DNA of 64,000 nt, taken from NCBI GenBank assembly GCA_963669175.1, contig OY769902.1, forward strand, positions 1,152,001 to 1,216,000, written 5' to 3'. The position numbers were made by a program, and so were the translations under genes. The stretch's first letter is position 1, and each line of letters opens with the position of its first letter. The stretch comes from a bacterium. GTDB lineage: Bacteria > Electryoneota > Electryoneia > Electryoneales > Electryoneaceae. Of the stretch, positions 1 through 10,326 are shown one piece after another. The notes beneath the pieces were generated by a model that worked only from the letters and a program-made list of their open reading frames with translations, did not search any database and had not been told where the DNA came from.

Positions 1-585
1 ATCAATGTTGCTCATGGTGGTCAGGGGGAGTATACAACGGGCGGCTTCAATGATATTGCCATTAATGACAACCCCGCCGTCATGCAGTGGGGTGCGTGGG
101 AAGAAAATGCTGACAATAAGCTCCGCGGTGGCTTCCGCCTGTACTTTCACTCCGGTTTCCAGGATTGCACGCAATCCCATATCACGCTGCAAAACAATGA
201 GCGCACCGTAGCGTTTTTGTGAGAGATCTGTTGCGGCCCGGCAGATTTCATCGATAATACGAGTGGTCTTCATACGAAAGATTCTGCGTACCAGGCGTCC
301 CTGACCCAACTGGATGAGCACACGGCGTAATTCGGGTTGGAACAGAATCACAAATGCGATAACCCACACCTGTGCGATACTGTCAACCAGCCAACTCATG
401 CCCTTCAGCCCCATCAGACCGACCAACACACTGATTCCAAGAATCAGGATCAGCCCGGCAAACATCTGCGACGCCCTGGTGCCGCGCATGATATCGTACA
501 TCTTGTAAAAGACAAAGGTAACCAGTACGATATCAATAATATCGATCAGGGTGAAACTGATGAAGCCGATGTGAAACAATTCCAT
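1..585 (-). CDS. cdaA: Diadenylate cyclase CdaA (DisA_N), 3' end outside the window
   Basis: Manual translation from ATG 585: MELFHIGFISFTLIDIIDIVLV...ILFQPELRRVL...GALIV...FFPRTPLHDGGVVI...ARCILPL. Three TM helices plus DAC motifs. Absent from the ORF track because there is no stop in the window. Confidence 0.92.
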   Translation of the reverse strand, partial: MELFHIGFISFTLIDIIDIVLVTFVFYKMYDIMRGTRASQMFAGLILILGISVLVGLMGLKGMSWLVDSIAQVWVIAFVILFQPELRRVLIQLGQGRLVRRIFRMKTTRIIDEICRAATDLSQKRYGALIVLQRDMGLRAILETGVKVQAEATAELIVSIFFPRTPLHDGGVVINGNIIEAARCILPLTTMSNID

Positions 586-808
586 GAGACCACCTGGATA
601 TGCAAACACTGGGGCCGATTCAGGATGGGTGCACAATGCAGGAGGTACAGGCGAGCCTCCCGTACTCCACCTGCCCAGTATTAATAAATACGTAACTTTT
701 CGCCGTATTCCAAACGAACCGCTGTGCTCATGGGGCAACGGGTTAATCATTATCAAACAAAAACGCACCCGAATTCGGGTGCGTCAGAATTTGCGAAGGT
801 TGTCTTTC

Positions 809-1261
809 CTAGCGATAATCAGTCCCTGTGGGAACAGGATGATGTCCATTATACGCTGAATACACGAAGGGCATTTCTTTCATGCCGACAGCAGCACCCT
901 CGGGGTTTTCCTGTCTTTCATGCCTGCCCTGCATTTCATGATCACATTCCGGGCACCAGGTATACCGTCGTTGACGATTCCCGCAAGCCCTGCCATGCTG
1001 GCATACGTAATAGATACCGGCTGTGTGCAGTAAACGCCCTTCCGGCGTTAAATCGCTGATACCGTAGCCTCCATCAAGATATCTGATACCTACGGTCTTT
1101 TCATGCTCGACCAGGAGCTCGTCACCTAAACGCATTTTCTTTCCTTTCGCACCGTTACACTGTGTCATAGGGATCCTCGTTGGTTCACCACGTGCTGTTA
1201 TAAAATCGGGATACTCGCACACAAAAAACAATAGCCATTTTGTTAAAATCTCTGTATACAA
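809..1261 (-). CDS. Hypothetical protein (may be spurious or a remnant)
   Basis: 150-aa ORF, no recognised motif apart from a CPEC. Confidence 0.25.
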   Translation of the reverse strand: MYTEILTKWLLFFVCEYPDFITARGEPTRIPMTQCNGAKGKKMRLGDELLVEHEKTVGIRYLDGGYGISDLTPEGRLLHTAGIYYVCQHGRACGNRQRRYTWCPECDHEMQGRHERQENPEGAAVGMKEMPFVYSAYNGHHPVPTGTDYR

Positions 1262-1450
1262 TATGACTACATCACTATCTAACTTGAACTAATGTACTCA
1301 GTTCCAAGCAAAATAAAGGTGATACCGAACACATAAAAATTACCATTTTTTTCTGTTCCAGCCTGTCATCAGTATTATAAACCCGCCTATAGAATTATCG
1401 TCAGTTTCGGGGATTATCATAACCTGTCATGTAATTCTGTCCACCTGGCT

Positions 1451-2809
1451 TCATTTTCCAGGCTTGCTATTCGCCAGCAATACATTCGCTTCCGGCATCC
1501 ACCAGGAGGTAAGCACACCAAGTAGCGCCAGCCCTCCCAATATAATCAGCAGTATCTGCACCCCGTATACCTGGGCAATCACTCCCAAGACTCCTCCAGC
1601 GAGAGTGAGGAGACCGGAGAAAGTATTGGAGAACGCGACATAGGTCGGGCGGTCCTGGTCGGGCGCAGCATCCACCACATACGTCTTACGTCCCAGCCGG
1701 ACGCCAGCGGTTGCCAGCCCTGAAAGGAAGAAGACCGGAGTATAATACCAGGGAGAAGCGTTGTCGCCGAGGACCATGCCGATTACCAGCGCAACGCCAA
1801 CCGTAACGGCCGAAATCCAACACCCGGCCATAAGCACTTTCCTGCTGGAAGTGTCGGCAAATTTTCCCCAGATACTGCTGGAAACCGTTGCAGATATGCC
1901 AGTCACGAGGACAAACAACCCCAGGTTGCCGATGTTACCGCCAAACAGGGAGCGTGCATGGAGGGCATAAAACGGTAACGCCAGCTCCACAGCCAGCAAG
2001 GCAAAGCCACGAGCCGTCAGGAATTTCCCGAAACCCGGGGTCTGCCTGATCAGTTCGAAACCACGCCCGGCTTCTTTGATCGCGTTACGTCCACCCTCTT
2101 TTGCGCCGGGTACTTCGGAGATCATCCCGAAAAACACGGCAGCCACCGCCCATAACACGACAGCTATCCCGATCAGCCAGAGATAGACATGGATATCCTC
2201 ATTGCCCTGAAGTGTAAGTTTCAGCCATAATCCCACACCCAGGGTGAGGATGCCGCCAATCGTAGCGCGAACACCGAGCAGACGTCCGCGCCGTTTCTTC
2301 GGTATCGTTTTGCCGACCACATCGCTGAAAGCTACCGACCCCATACCGCTGGCCATGGCGAAAAGGGTAAGCAACACCAGAACAGCCCAACCTGCTGCTG
2401 ATCCAGGCAGAAGTAAAGCAGCAGCGATCATTCCCGCCAGCATGACGGCTTGAATGATCCCGGCAGCAGTCCAGAACCATTTTCGCCTGGGAAAGCCACG
2501 TATGGTTCCGGCGACAGCCAATTGAGGGATCAGCGAACCGGCTTCTTTTGCCGGAGTGAGCCAACCGGCAATCATGGTAGGAGCGCCAAGAGCAGCGAGG
2601 AACCATGGCAATACCAGGCCGGGGCTTGCCAGTTGCTCCGCCAGTTTGGTGCAGGCGCCGTTGATTGCGTTCAGGAAAAAATTGCGGGGGACATCCGTGC
2701 AGGCCTGCTCCGGGATCGCCTCACAGGCACGGTGCTCCTCTTCGGTGGTGATGAACTTGTAGGTTGTCTCGATGAAACTCTTACTCTTCATGCTCCTTGT
2801 TTCCCTCAT
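1451..2809 (-). CDS. MFS transporter (permease)
   Basis: About 12 hydrophobic segments, WGKFADTSSRK loop motif. Confidence 0.85.
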   Translation of the reverse strand: MRETRSMKSKSFIETTYKFITTEEEHRACEAIPEQACTDVPRNFFLNAINGACTKLAEQLASPGLVLPWFLAALGAPTMIAGWLTPAKEAGSLIPQLAVAGTIRGFPRRKWFWTAAGIIQAVMLAGMIAAALLLPGSAAGWAVLVLLTLFAMASGMGSVAFSDVVGKTIPKKRRGRLLGVRATIGGILTLGVGLWLKLTLQGNEDIHVYLWLIGIAVVLWAVAAVFFGMISEVPGAKEGGRNAIKEAGRGFELIRQTPGFGKFLTARGFALLAVELALPFYALHARSLFGGNIGNLGLFVLVTGISATVSSSIWGKFADTSSRKVLMAGCWISAVTVGVALVIGMVLGDNASPWYYTPVFFLSGLATAGVRLGRKTYVVDAAPDQDRPTYVAFSNTFSGLLTLAGGVLGVIAQVYGVQILLIILGGLALLGVLTSWWMPEANVLLANSKPGK

Positions 2810-2885
2810 CTGACGCGATCACTTCATTACTTGCGTATCGGGCCACCTGACCTGTCAAACTAAATAGAATTGGGTGTTGCTGATA

Positions 2886-3120
2886 GAAAATCGGGACTGC
2901 TACACTTTTCTGCAAGCGATATTACCTGAACACAAGGTTAATGATGGATGAACACTGGCCTTCAAAATAGTAACAAGAGACAGAAAAGGTAGCTGTCCCA
3001 GGATTTTCGGCGGATCTCGAACAACAAGCTTGCGAAAAATCTGGTACAGTTACCTTTTCTTCCATATTGTCAAGAGTATCCTGTATTGGAAAACAAGAAA
3101 AGGTAACAGTCCCATTTTTC
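2886..3120. repeat. Cluster of four ~25-bp REP-like units in alternating orientation
   Basis: GAAAAGGTA(G/A)C(T/A)GTCCC-type units at 2886-2910, 2983-3008, 3034-3059 and 3097-3120; related GAAAAGGGGACAGACCC at about 4993. Confidence 0.7.
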
Positions 3121-3153
3121 GCCGATTTTGTCACATCATTCACGCTGAAACAG

Positions 3154-4899
3154 TTACACCTTACTCCCATTCATCTTCACCATTTCTCCATTGTACAGGT
3201 AACGCTTAATCTTACGTGTAGAGGTTTTCTGGAATTCCTCTTCCACGATCCGGAAATGACGGATGTGCTTGTAATCGGACAATTCGTTTTGTGCTTCCTT
3301 GATCGCGTTTTTGATCAGGTCGCTGACATCTTCAGCCGTCGCTTTTTTCCCCTCTTTTTCGAAATGGAGGTCCACCTGTTCATAGTCAGGGAAGATCAAC
3401 GCGCCCACCTCATCGCCGTAGCCGGAAGAACGCGGTATGCCCAGAACAAGGCTCTCCGCAATGAAGTCGCTACGGTTCACCAGGTATTCAATTTCTTCCG
3501 GGAATACGTTTTTGCCACCGCCGGTCACCAGCAGGTTCTTCTTCCGGCCGGTGATCTGCAGGTAGCCATCGTCAAAGATGATGCCCAGGTCGCCGGTATG
3601 GAACCAGCCTTCCTTGTCGAGCACTTCTTCCGTGGCTTCCTTGTTCTCGTAATAGCCGGTGAATACGCTCGGTCCCTTTACCACCAGTTCACCGATTCCG
3701 TTCTCGTCTGGCTTGTCGATTTTTGCCTGTATGGTCGGGAAAGGCAGGCCGACACACTCATGACGGATATTCTTTGGCGGGGTCAGGTGTGTAATCGGGC
3801 TGGTTTCGGTAAGGCCGAACCCTTGCAACAAGTGAATCCCCAGGCGATTAAAGAACCGTGAGGTCGCCGGGTCCAGGGGGCCGCCACCGCTGACAAAGTA
3901 AACTACCGAACCAAGCCCGGCTTTATCACGCATGCTGCGGAACAGCTTGCGTCCCAATTTCTTCTCCGATGTCTCACCTTTTGCGGCCATGGCGTAAAGA
4001 AGGCTGAACAGAAAACGTGTGACCTTGCCGGCTTTTTTGATCTTACGGAGAATACCGGCGTGCATTTTTTCATACAGCAACGGTACGCCCAGCATGATAG
4101 TGACATTGGTCTTCTTGATATCTTCGAGTAGCTCGTTGGATTTCAGGCTTCGGGCATAGGTGATAGCCGCTCCGGCATACAGGGGGAACAGGAATCCTGC
4201 GGTGCCCTCGAAGCTGTGATGCACAGGCAGAACCGAAAGGAAGTTGTCGCCCGGCCCCAACGGCAGCGCACGATACGAGTCAGCCAGGTTGGTTCCCAGG
4301 TTGCGCTGGGTCAGGATCACACCCTTGGCATGGCCCGTAGTGCCGGAGGTGTACAGTAACGCAGCGATTTCATCCAGTTCACGTTTTGGCAGGGGATGAT
4401 CCAGTCCGTCTCCCTCATCCAGAACACGCGACCAGGGGATGGCGTCCATATAGATCGGTTCGTTGAAGCTGACGCAGCTCTCAAGCGTTGGACAGGTTTC
4501 CGATTCGGCGAGCTGTTCCAGGAAACGGGCGTGGGCGAAAAGCAGCTTCGTTTTCGAGTCGGTCAGGATGTGACGCACCCCGGAAATCGGCAGCAGTTTG
4601 TCCACGGGGACGGCAATCGCGCCGGAAGCTTGTATAGCAAGGTAGGCGATTGCCCATTCCGGGCTGTTGTCTCCTACTACCGCAACCTTGTCGCCTTTGA
4701 CAATGCCATGCTCGATCAGCCAGCGTGCCACACGTTGCACCCTGCGCCAGAGCTGGATGTAGGTTATTTCCGTGTGTTCTGTCCCGACAGGCGCACGCAG
4801 GGCTACGTTCTTGCCATACCATTCCGCACACTTCTGCGCCAGTTCGCTAAGTGGGAAAACTCCCTTGTGATCCCGATAAACCGGATAGGTCGCCGCCAT
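3154..4899 (-). CDS. Long-chain fatty acid-CoA ligase (AMP-binding)
   Basis: YTSGTTGHAKG, GFGLTETSP, GWFHTGDLG and GRKKNL motifs. Confidence 0.92.
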   Translation of the reverse strand: MAATYPVYRDHKGVFPLSELAQKCAEWYGKNVALRAPVGTEHTEITYIQLWRRVQRVARWLIEHGIVKGDKVAVVGDNSPEWAIAYLAIQASGAIAVPVDKLLPISGVRHILTDSKTKLLFAHARFLEQLAESETCPTLESCVSFNEPIYMDAIPWSRVLDEGDGLDHPLPKRELDEIAALLYTSGTTGHAKGVILTQRNLGTNLADSYRALPLGPGDNFLSVLPVHHSFEGTAGFLFPLYAGAAITYARSLKSNELLEDIKKTNVTIMLGVPLLYEKMHAGILRKIKKAGKVTRFLFSLLYAMAAKGETSEKKLGRKLFRSMRDKAGLGSVVYFVSGGGPLDPATSRFFNRLGIHLLQGFGLTETSPITHLTPPKNIRHECVGLPFPTIQAKIDKPDENGIGELVVKGPSVFTGYYENKEATEEVLDKEGWFHTGDLGIIFDDGYLQITGRKKNLLVTGGGKNVFPEEIEYLVNRSDFIAESLVLGIPRSSGYGDEVGALIFPDYEQVDLHFEKEGKKATAEDVSDLIKNAIKEAQNELSDYKHIRHFRIVEEEFQKTSTRKIKRYLYNGEMVKMNGSKV

Positions 4900-5407
4900 C
4901 GTTTCTCCCCTGGATTGTTACGAAAAAGGAGTCTACGAACAAAAAACCCGAAAAAACAAGATTGAAAGGGTTTGTCAGTCAGGTTAAACAAAGAAAAGGG
5001 ACAGACCCAAGCAAGGATCGGTCCCGACAACCTCGAAACCCAACTGGCAAGTATTCGGGCCATACCACCAAGGATTCAAAACGGAGCCCCCATGTTCCGA
5101 TGCACTTAAAGAGATGCAGGCAAATTCTGGTCACATGGGAGTATTAATACCATGCCTGAAGTGGGAACATGCTCACTTGCGGATCGAGTCACCCAGGTCT
5201 CTCTCCCATCCCGACTTGCTCAATGGCCGCATCACAGGATGAGGACTCACAAGTGTTGTCAGCAGTACGAGAGAATCATATTACAACACGGGCAAATCGG
5301 GCCATGCACTTCACTGCAGAACTGCCGGAAACGTACAGGACCACCCCTGATTTTATATTTGCCCCCGAAACTTCTAGGCGGCGGTCTATTGCAATTGAAA
5401 CCAAGTG

Positions 5408-6088
5408 CTAATTCTTTACCTCTTCCCCCATACTCCAGACTGTATTCATCACCTCTTCCGCGACATGGTAGTAGGCTTCTTTGCGTGGCGGATCATCCTT
5501 CAGCAGGTCGGCCAGTTTGATCGGTTTGCCGAAATAGAGGCGGAGCGGGTGTTTCCGCAGGAAGACCTGGAGAATACGTTTCCAGCCGAACTCAAAATGA
5601 TAGGTGTTGACCAGCCGCATGGGCAGCAGGTCCGCTTCACCCCAGATGGCCAGCATCCCCACACCGGGTTTGATCTCACGGTCATTCGGATCGGGACGGC
5701 GTGTGCCTTGCGGGAAGATCAGCACGGCTTCATCGTTTTTCAATTGGTCAGTAAGCTTACGTATGGCTTCTTTGTCGCTACCGGTGCGTCGGATGGGAAC
5801 ACAACGGTGATAGAGTGTCCATTTCTTTAGTATTCCCTTGAACAATTGAATCTTTGCCGCATAAAACATTTCACGGGGAAAGGCAGAGCCTGCGATGGGC
5901 GGATCAATATTCGATTCATGGTTGCACACTACCAGCAGGCGTCCGGTGCGGGGGACGTTTTCCTTGCCGTACATCTTCAGTCCGAAAAAGACGCGGAAGA
6001 AAGTGATAACCGCCCAGCTCTCCAATGCGATCGGCCAGCGTTTTTTACCCCAGGTAAGGTGCTGTTTGGTGTCTGTGTTCTCTGTCAT
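5408..6088 (-). CDS. plsC: 1-acyl-sn-glycerol-3-phosphate acyltransferase
   Basis: NHESNID and FPQGTR acyltransferase motifs; adjacent to cmk. Confidence 0.88.
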   Translation of the reverse strand: MTENTDTKQHLTWGKKRWPIALESWAVITFFRVFFGLKMYGKENVPRTGRLLVVCNHESNIDPPIAGSAFPREMFYAAKIQLFKGILKKWTLYHRCVPIRRTGSDKEAIRKLTDQLKNDEAVLIFPQGTRRPDPNDREIKPGVGMLAIWGEADLLPMRLVNTYHFEFGWKRILQVFLRKHPLRLYFGKPIKLADLLKDDPPRKEAYYHVAEEVMNTVWSMGEEVKN

Positions 6089-6183
6089 GGTTCGCTAATG
6101 AGTTGTTTTTTCGTTTTTTTTTACGCATATCGAATATAATACTCACGGAATATGCTGATATTTCATCCTAATTACTTGCCTGG

Positions 6184-6203
6184 ATTCCCACCTGCGTGGG
6201 AAT
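6184..6203. repeat. ATTCCC-N8-GGGAAT palindrome (dRS3-like REP unit)
   Basis: attccc acctgcgt gggaat; related to the hairpins at 48700-48860. Confidence 0.5.
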
Positions 6204-6292
6204 GAATATCATCAAATTCTGTTAGAGCTTTCATCGTCAATAACAGGGACTGACCTGAAGTGGTCTGTCTCGTTGTTCGTAAAGATACAAGT

Positions 6293-6970
6293 TCAAATCC
6301 CAAACCGTACCCTCGCCAGTTCCAGTACTGCCTCCACCTGTCCGGGAATACTCATTCCGGTGGTGTCCAGGGGTACCGCGTCTTCGGCGATAACCAACGG
6401 GCTGTCAGCGCGTGTGGAGTCACGCTCGTCACGACGTTCCAGTTCCTCACGGACCTCACGGTGGTCAATCTCCATGCCCTTGGCGTGGTAGTCCGCAACA
6501 CGCCGCCGTACTCGTTCTTCCACGCTGGCGTTCAAGTAGACCTTCAACCCGGCATCAGGAAAAATGACGCTCCCGATGTCGCGTCCTTCCAGCACCGATG
6601 GTCCGGCAATGCCCAGTTCACGTTGAAGCTCAACCATACGCTTACGCACGAACGGATGCACACTCACCTGGCTGGCCGCTTCAGATACTTCCGGTGTACG
6701 GATCAGTTCGGTGACATCCTCTCCGTTCAATTTGACCGTAGTTGGCACACCCGGTTCCAGATCGATGGATACGTTTTGTGCCACGGGGCGGACATCTTCC
6801 TCGTTTTCCGGGCTTTTTCCCGCACGCAGAACTGCAAGCCCAAGGGTACGGTACATGGCGCCGGTGTCGATGTAACGCCAGCCCAAATGCTTGGCGACTT
6901 CCTTTGCCGTGGTCGATTTTCCCGATGCCGCAGGGCCATCTATCGCTATAACACTCAGATTTTCGCTCAC
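6293..6970 (-). CDS. cmk: Cytidylate kinase
   Basis: IAIDGPAASGKST, DTGAMYR, EGRDIG and RDERDSTR motifs; GTG start near 6970 after GAGGA. Confidence 0.95.
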   Translation of the reverse strand: MSENLSVIAIDGPAASGKSTTAKEVAKHLGWRYIDTGAMYRTLGLAVLRAGKSPENEEDVRPVAQNVSIDLEPGVPTTVKLNGEDVTELIRTPEVSEAASQVSVHPFVRKRMVELQRELGIAGPSVLEGRDIGSVIFPDAGLKVYLNASVEERVRRRVADYHAKGMEIDHREVREELERRDERDSTRADSPLVIAEDAVPLDTTGMSIPGQVEAVLELARVRFGI

Positions 6971-7157
6971 CACAATCCTCAGCTTTTCTGAAACGTCCGC
7001 AATATACAAGCGTATCAGTCCGTTTACCTCCCTCTTCACCTCAATTTTGGCGACTCTTACCGAAAGGTGACTATTCCCCGGGAGATGCATTTCTGGTCTT
7101 GCGTAAGGCTCTTCTTAGAACGCACTTTCGCCAGTTTTCTAATCGTTAGGGGTAACC

Positions 7158-7505
7158 ATGTTGAAAATCTGGCCGGTGCTGCTGCTGGCGTCATCCAACC
7201 TGTTCATGACCTATGCCTGGTACGGTCACTTGCGGGACTTGAAAGCGAAACCCCTGATCATGGTTATCCTGATCAGTTGGGGTATCGCGTTTTTCGAGTA
7301 TTGTCTTCAGGTTCCGGCTAACAGGATCGGTTTTCAGTCCTATTCACTGGGCCAGTTAAAGGTGATGCAGGAGATTATCACCATGATCGTCTTTGCCGGA
7401 TTTGCCTATTTCTACATGCACGAACGCTTGTCGCTTGATTTCCTTTGGGCAGGGTTATGCCTCGCCGGGGCGGCGTTCTTCATGTTCAGGCATATCAGCG
7501 TGTAA
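7158..7505 (+). CDS. Small DMT-family membrane protein (DUF486-like)
   Basis: SNLFMTYAWYGHL...SWGIAFFEY.LQVPANRIG...QLKVMQE signature. Confidence 0.85.
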   Translation: MLKIWPVLLLASSNLFMTYAWYGHLRDLKAKPLIMVILISWGIAFFEYCLQVPANRIGFQSYSLGQLKVMQEIITMIVFAGFAYFYMHERLSLDFLWAGLCLAGAAFFMFRHISV

Positions 7506-7626
7506 GAAGTCGTTTGGCCTTATTGTTTGTTGTCGGGATGTAGACCACAACTGTGGTTCACATATGGCTTTGCTGCATACTTCCTGCTTTTGCATGAGTG
7601 TCCCAGGGAGTAGATCCCGGACAACG

Positions 7627-8104
7627 CTAACCCGAAGATTTCACCACTGGCAATTTCAATCTGATACTTGATGGAACGGCCAGTACAAGAACCACGGCAG
7701 TGGTTCCCTGAATTAGCCCACCGTCCAGCGCCGTCTGTTTGGCGCTCACGGTGGGAATAGGATGTACGCTACTTGCCAACCACGGCAGCGGGTTGCCTGA
7801 ATATTTCCACTGTATACTTTTGATATTTATCAGGTTACTCCTTTCGGGGTAAATATATGGTGCGCATTATCTCCCCGGGTAGCCGCCAAACTGACGGCGG
7901 CTGCCCGGGGCTAATACAGGTTGCCCCTGCCGGGGCGGTTGCCGATTCTCAGCCTATTTTGCCAGCGAAACAGGGAATAGACACGCAAAGGGATACCGGA
8001 GCAAACTGTCCCCTGAAAAATGCTGTATGAATCAGTTGTAATGTGTTGATATGAAATGTGTTAAGATGATTATCCTTGTTTCGTTCATGAAATATTCGGG
8101 CTAA
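7627..8104. mobile_element. MITE family A, copy 1
   Basis: Imperfect 18-bp TIRs (ctaacccgaagatttcac / atgaaatattcgggctaa), internal hairpins, homologous to 19465-19702 and 33830-34223 (inverted). Confidence 0.7.
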
Positions 8105-8384
8105 ACAGCAGCGTTTCCGGGATGACGTAGTGGACAGTATTATTTACAATCATGCATTCATGGCTGCCTGGCCCGACTGCTTGCTGTCGGGATTCTGATA
8201 ATGCATTTGGCTCCGCCGGCTTGAAGCATGCCGAAGCTTGCGTAGGCGGCTGCCCGGCGGCGGTCTATTTTAATTCTATTCAAGAGGTTAGTTCTTCGGT
8301 TGTCCAATTCTTGTATGTGAAAATTCTTAGGCAATCCGCTGCCGGGGGTGATCTGTCATTTGTGAAATATCAGAACCAAAGTCA

Positions 8385-8418
8385 AAGGGCCAGACCGTGT
8401 GCAACGGTCTGGCCCTGT
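8385..8418 (-). terminator. Rho-independent terminator of the arylsulfotransferase gene
   Basis: gggccagaccgt-gtgca-acggtctggccc hairpin followed by T residues on the minus strand. Confidence 0.7.
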
Positions 8419-8439
8419 AATGATGACAAAAGGTTGATC

Positions 8440-10239
8440 TTACTTCATCAGGGTGACCTTCATTGTCTGAGTCTGGCCGCCGTTCATGGTCGCTTTCACA
8501 AAGTAGACACCACTGGCCAGGCTTGATCCATTAAACTGGAAGGTATGCCGTCCAGCATCGAACCGGCTGTTGGCGAGCTGGGCAACTTCACGTCCCATGA
8601 CATTGTAGACAGTCACAGTCAAGTCAGCGCGTTGCGGCAGCGTTAATGCGATTGCGGTGCTCGGGTTAAACGGATTGGGCCAGGCGCTTTCCAGTTCAAA
8701 TGCCTGGGGTATGTTTGCTACCGGGTTGTCCGATACATCGCTGACCGGTGTGACTTCGACTTCGTTGGACCAGCCGCCAATCTCGTTGCCGTTGGTATCG
8801 AGAGCCTTAATCCGGATATAGTACGTGGTTTCGAAAGTCAGACCGTTGATTTCATACACACCGGTATCCGTTGAACCATGCAAGTCCGTAGGTTCGGCGG
8901 ATTGTCCCATATACACATTGTAACCGAACACTTCTTCCTCGTGTCCGAACCAGTTGCAGGCGAGCGAGACCGTGTCTTCGTTCACCACATCAACCACGTA
9001 AGGAATAGCCGCCGTGCCGATCATGGTTGATTTCAGGTAACGGTAAGAATATGGTTTGGACCATTGGCTTGTCCCAAAGTCCGGATCGCTTTCGATTTCA
9101 ATCTGCCAGGCAACTTGCCCATCTGAGGTGACTTCAGTGGCGCCGATTTCGGCCGCATGGCCCCACCCGACCAGTGTATTGCCGTTGGCGAGACGACGTG
9201 TGCTGCCGACATGATAGCCATATACCGGAGGATCGGTGACATAGCTCCACACCAGCGTAGCGGTCATGTTCTCCTCGTCCAGCGCGTATTCCTTGGCGTA
9301 GCTGGTCGGGGTTTCGTAGTTGTTGCCGTTGTTGAAAATGGTGAAGTTGCCGTTCGGCAGAATCCGGAAATCATGCGGCATGGAGAAGGCTTCATCTTCC
9401 AGGTCATCAACAAAGGTGAACTGGTTGCTTTCGCAAAGTCCCATTTTCCACACGACATCGCCTGTTTCACGGTCGATTTTGATCACCTTGCTGAAGGATC
9501 GCATGGTCAGGTACAGATCGCCATTATCATCCACCTCGACACCATTGGCGTGGGTGTGTTCGAACCCGTCAGAATAGACATCCGCCGAATCCAGCTCAGA
9601 AAAGGGCAGGTCTTCCAGATGATCCAGGCTGCGCCAATCGTAAATGATATTCTGATCTGCATCGAGTTGGACGATCGCATGTCCGGTCACGACCGCGTCT
9701 TCGCAGGCGCCTTCACCGACGTACTGAGTCATATCCATCACGGAATCATAGCGGCATTCCACCCAGTAGTTCCCGTCATCATCCATGAACAACTCGTGCG
9801 TATCGATACGATAGTTGTAGGGGTTGTTTTCCGGATCGTCCTGCGGAATAATGAGTGTGTCTACGATGGTGTAAGTGAGATCAAACAGGGCGAATGAAAT
9901 GGCTGTTTGTGTGCCGCCAATGCCGACGGCGATTCTGTTGGCGGATTCCAATGGAACCAGGTGCATCCAGCTACTGCTGTTCAGCGGCGACCGTTGAAAC
10001 CAGACAATGTTACCTTCGTTATCAAAGATGGTCATGTAACACTTGCTTAACCCCCCTCTGGGTTGTCGAACGGCAAGCGTTGCATAAATATACCCATCTT
10101 CTGCCAATTCCGGACTTCCGGTAATGGTGAAATCGAAATAGTCATCCGGAATCACAACATCCAGAGCATTTGCATCATAGCTCCAGCCAGCCAGGAGAAG
10201 GGCAACACATGCCCAACCAATCACAAGTTTCTTACTCAT
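8440..10239 (-). CDS. Arylsulfotransferase (ASST)-like beta-propeller with FN3 and T9SS CTD
   Basis: DTHEL, HTHANGV, PHDFRILPNGN and RRLANGNTLVGWG motifs; signal peptide; PNPFN...GVYF...K C-terminus. Confidence 0.82.
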   Translation of the reverse strand: MSKKLVIGWACVALLLAGWSYDANALDVVIPDDYFDFTITGSPELAEDGYIYATLAVRQPRGGLSKCYMTIFDNEGNIVWFQRSPLNSSSWMHLVPLESANRIAVGIGGTQTAISFALFDLTYTIVDTLIIPQDDPENNPYNYRIDTHELFMDDDGNYWVECRYDSVMDMTQYVGEGACEDAVVTGHAIVQLDADQNIIYDWRSLDHLEDLPFSELDSADVYSDGFEHTHANGVEVDDNGDLYLTMRSFSKVIKIDRETGDVVWKMGLCESNQFTFVDDLEDEAFSMPHDFRILPNGNFTIFNNGNNYETPTSYAKEYALDEENMTATLVWSYVTDPPVYGYHVGSTRRLANGNTLVGWGHAAEIGATEVTSDGQVAWQIEIESDPDFGTSQWSKPYSYRYLKSTMIGTAAIPYVVDVVNEDTVSLACNWFGHEEEVFGYNVYMGQSAEPTDLHGSTDTGVYEINGLTFETTYYIRIKALDTNGNEIGGWSNEVEVTPVSDVSDNPVANIPQAFELESAWPNPFNPSTAIALTLPQRADLTVTVYNVMGREVAQLANSRFDAGRHTFQFNGSSLASGVYFVKATMNGGQTQTMKVTLMK

Positions 10240-10326
10240 CTTCGTTCCCAAGTAAAATGACAATCAAAAGTAAACCAGTCTCTATCAATGCATGCGTAGA
10301 GCAGAACTTGAACATGTTTCTCTGAA

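Noticed and set aside
5169-5411. Possible RAYT transposase remnant (HITTRANR resembles HxTxRGN)
   Set aside because: Only one short motif, with no downstream HUH or NP motifs visible; not supportable.
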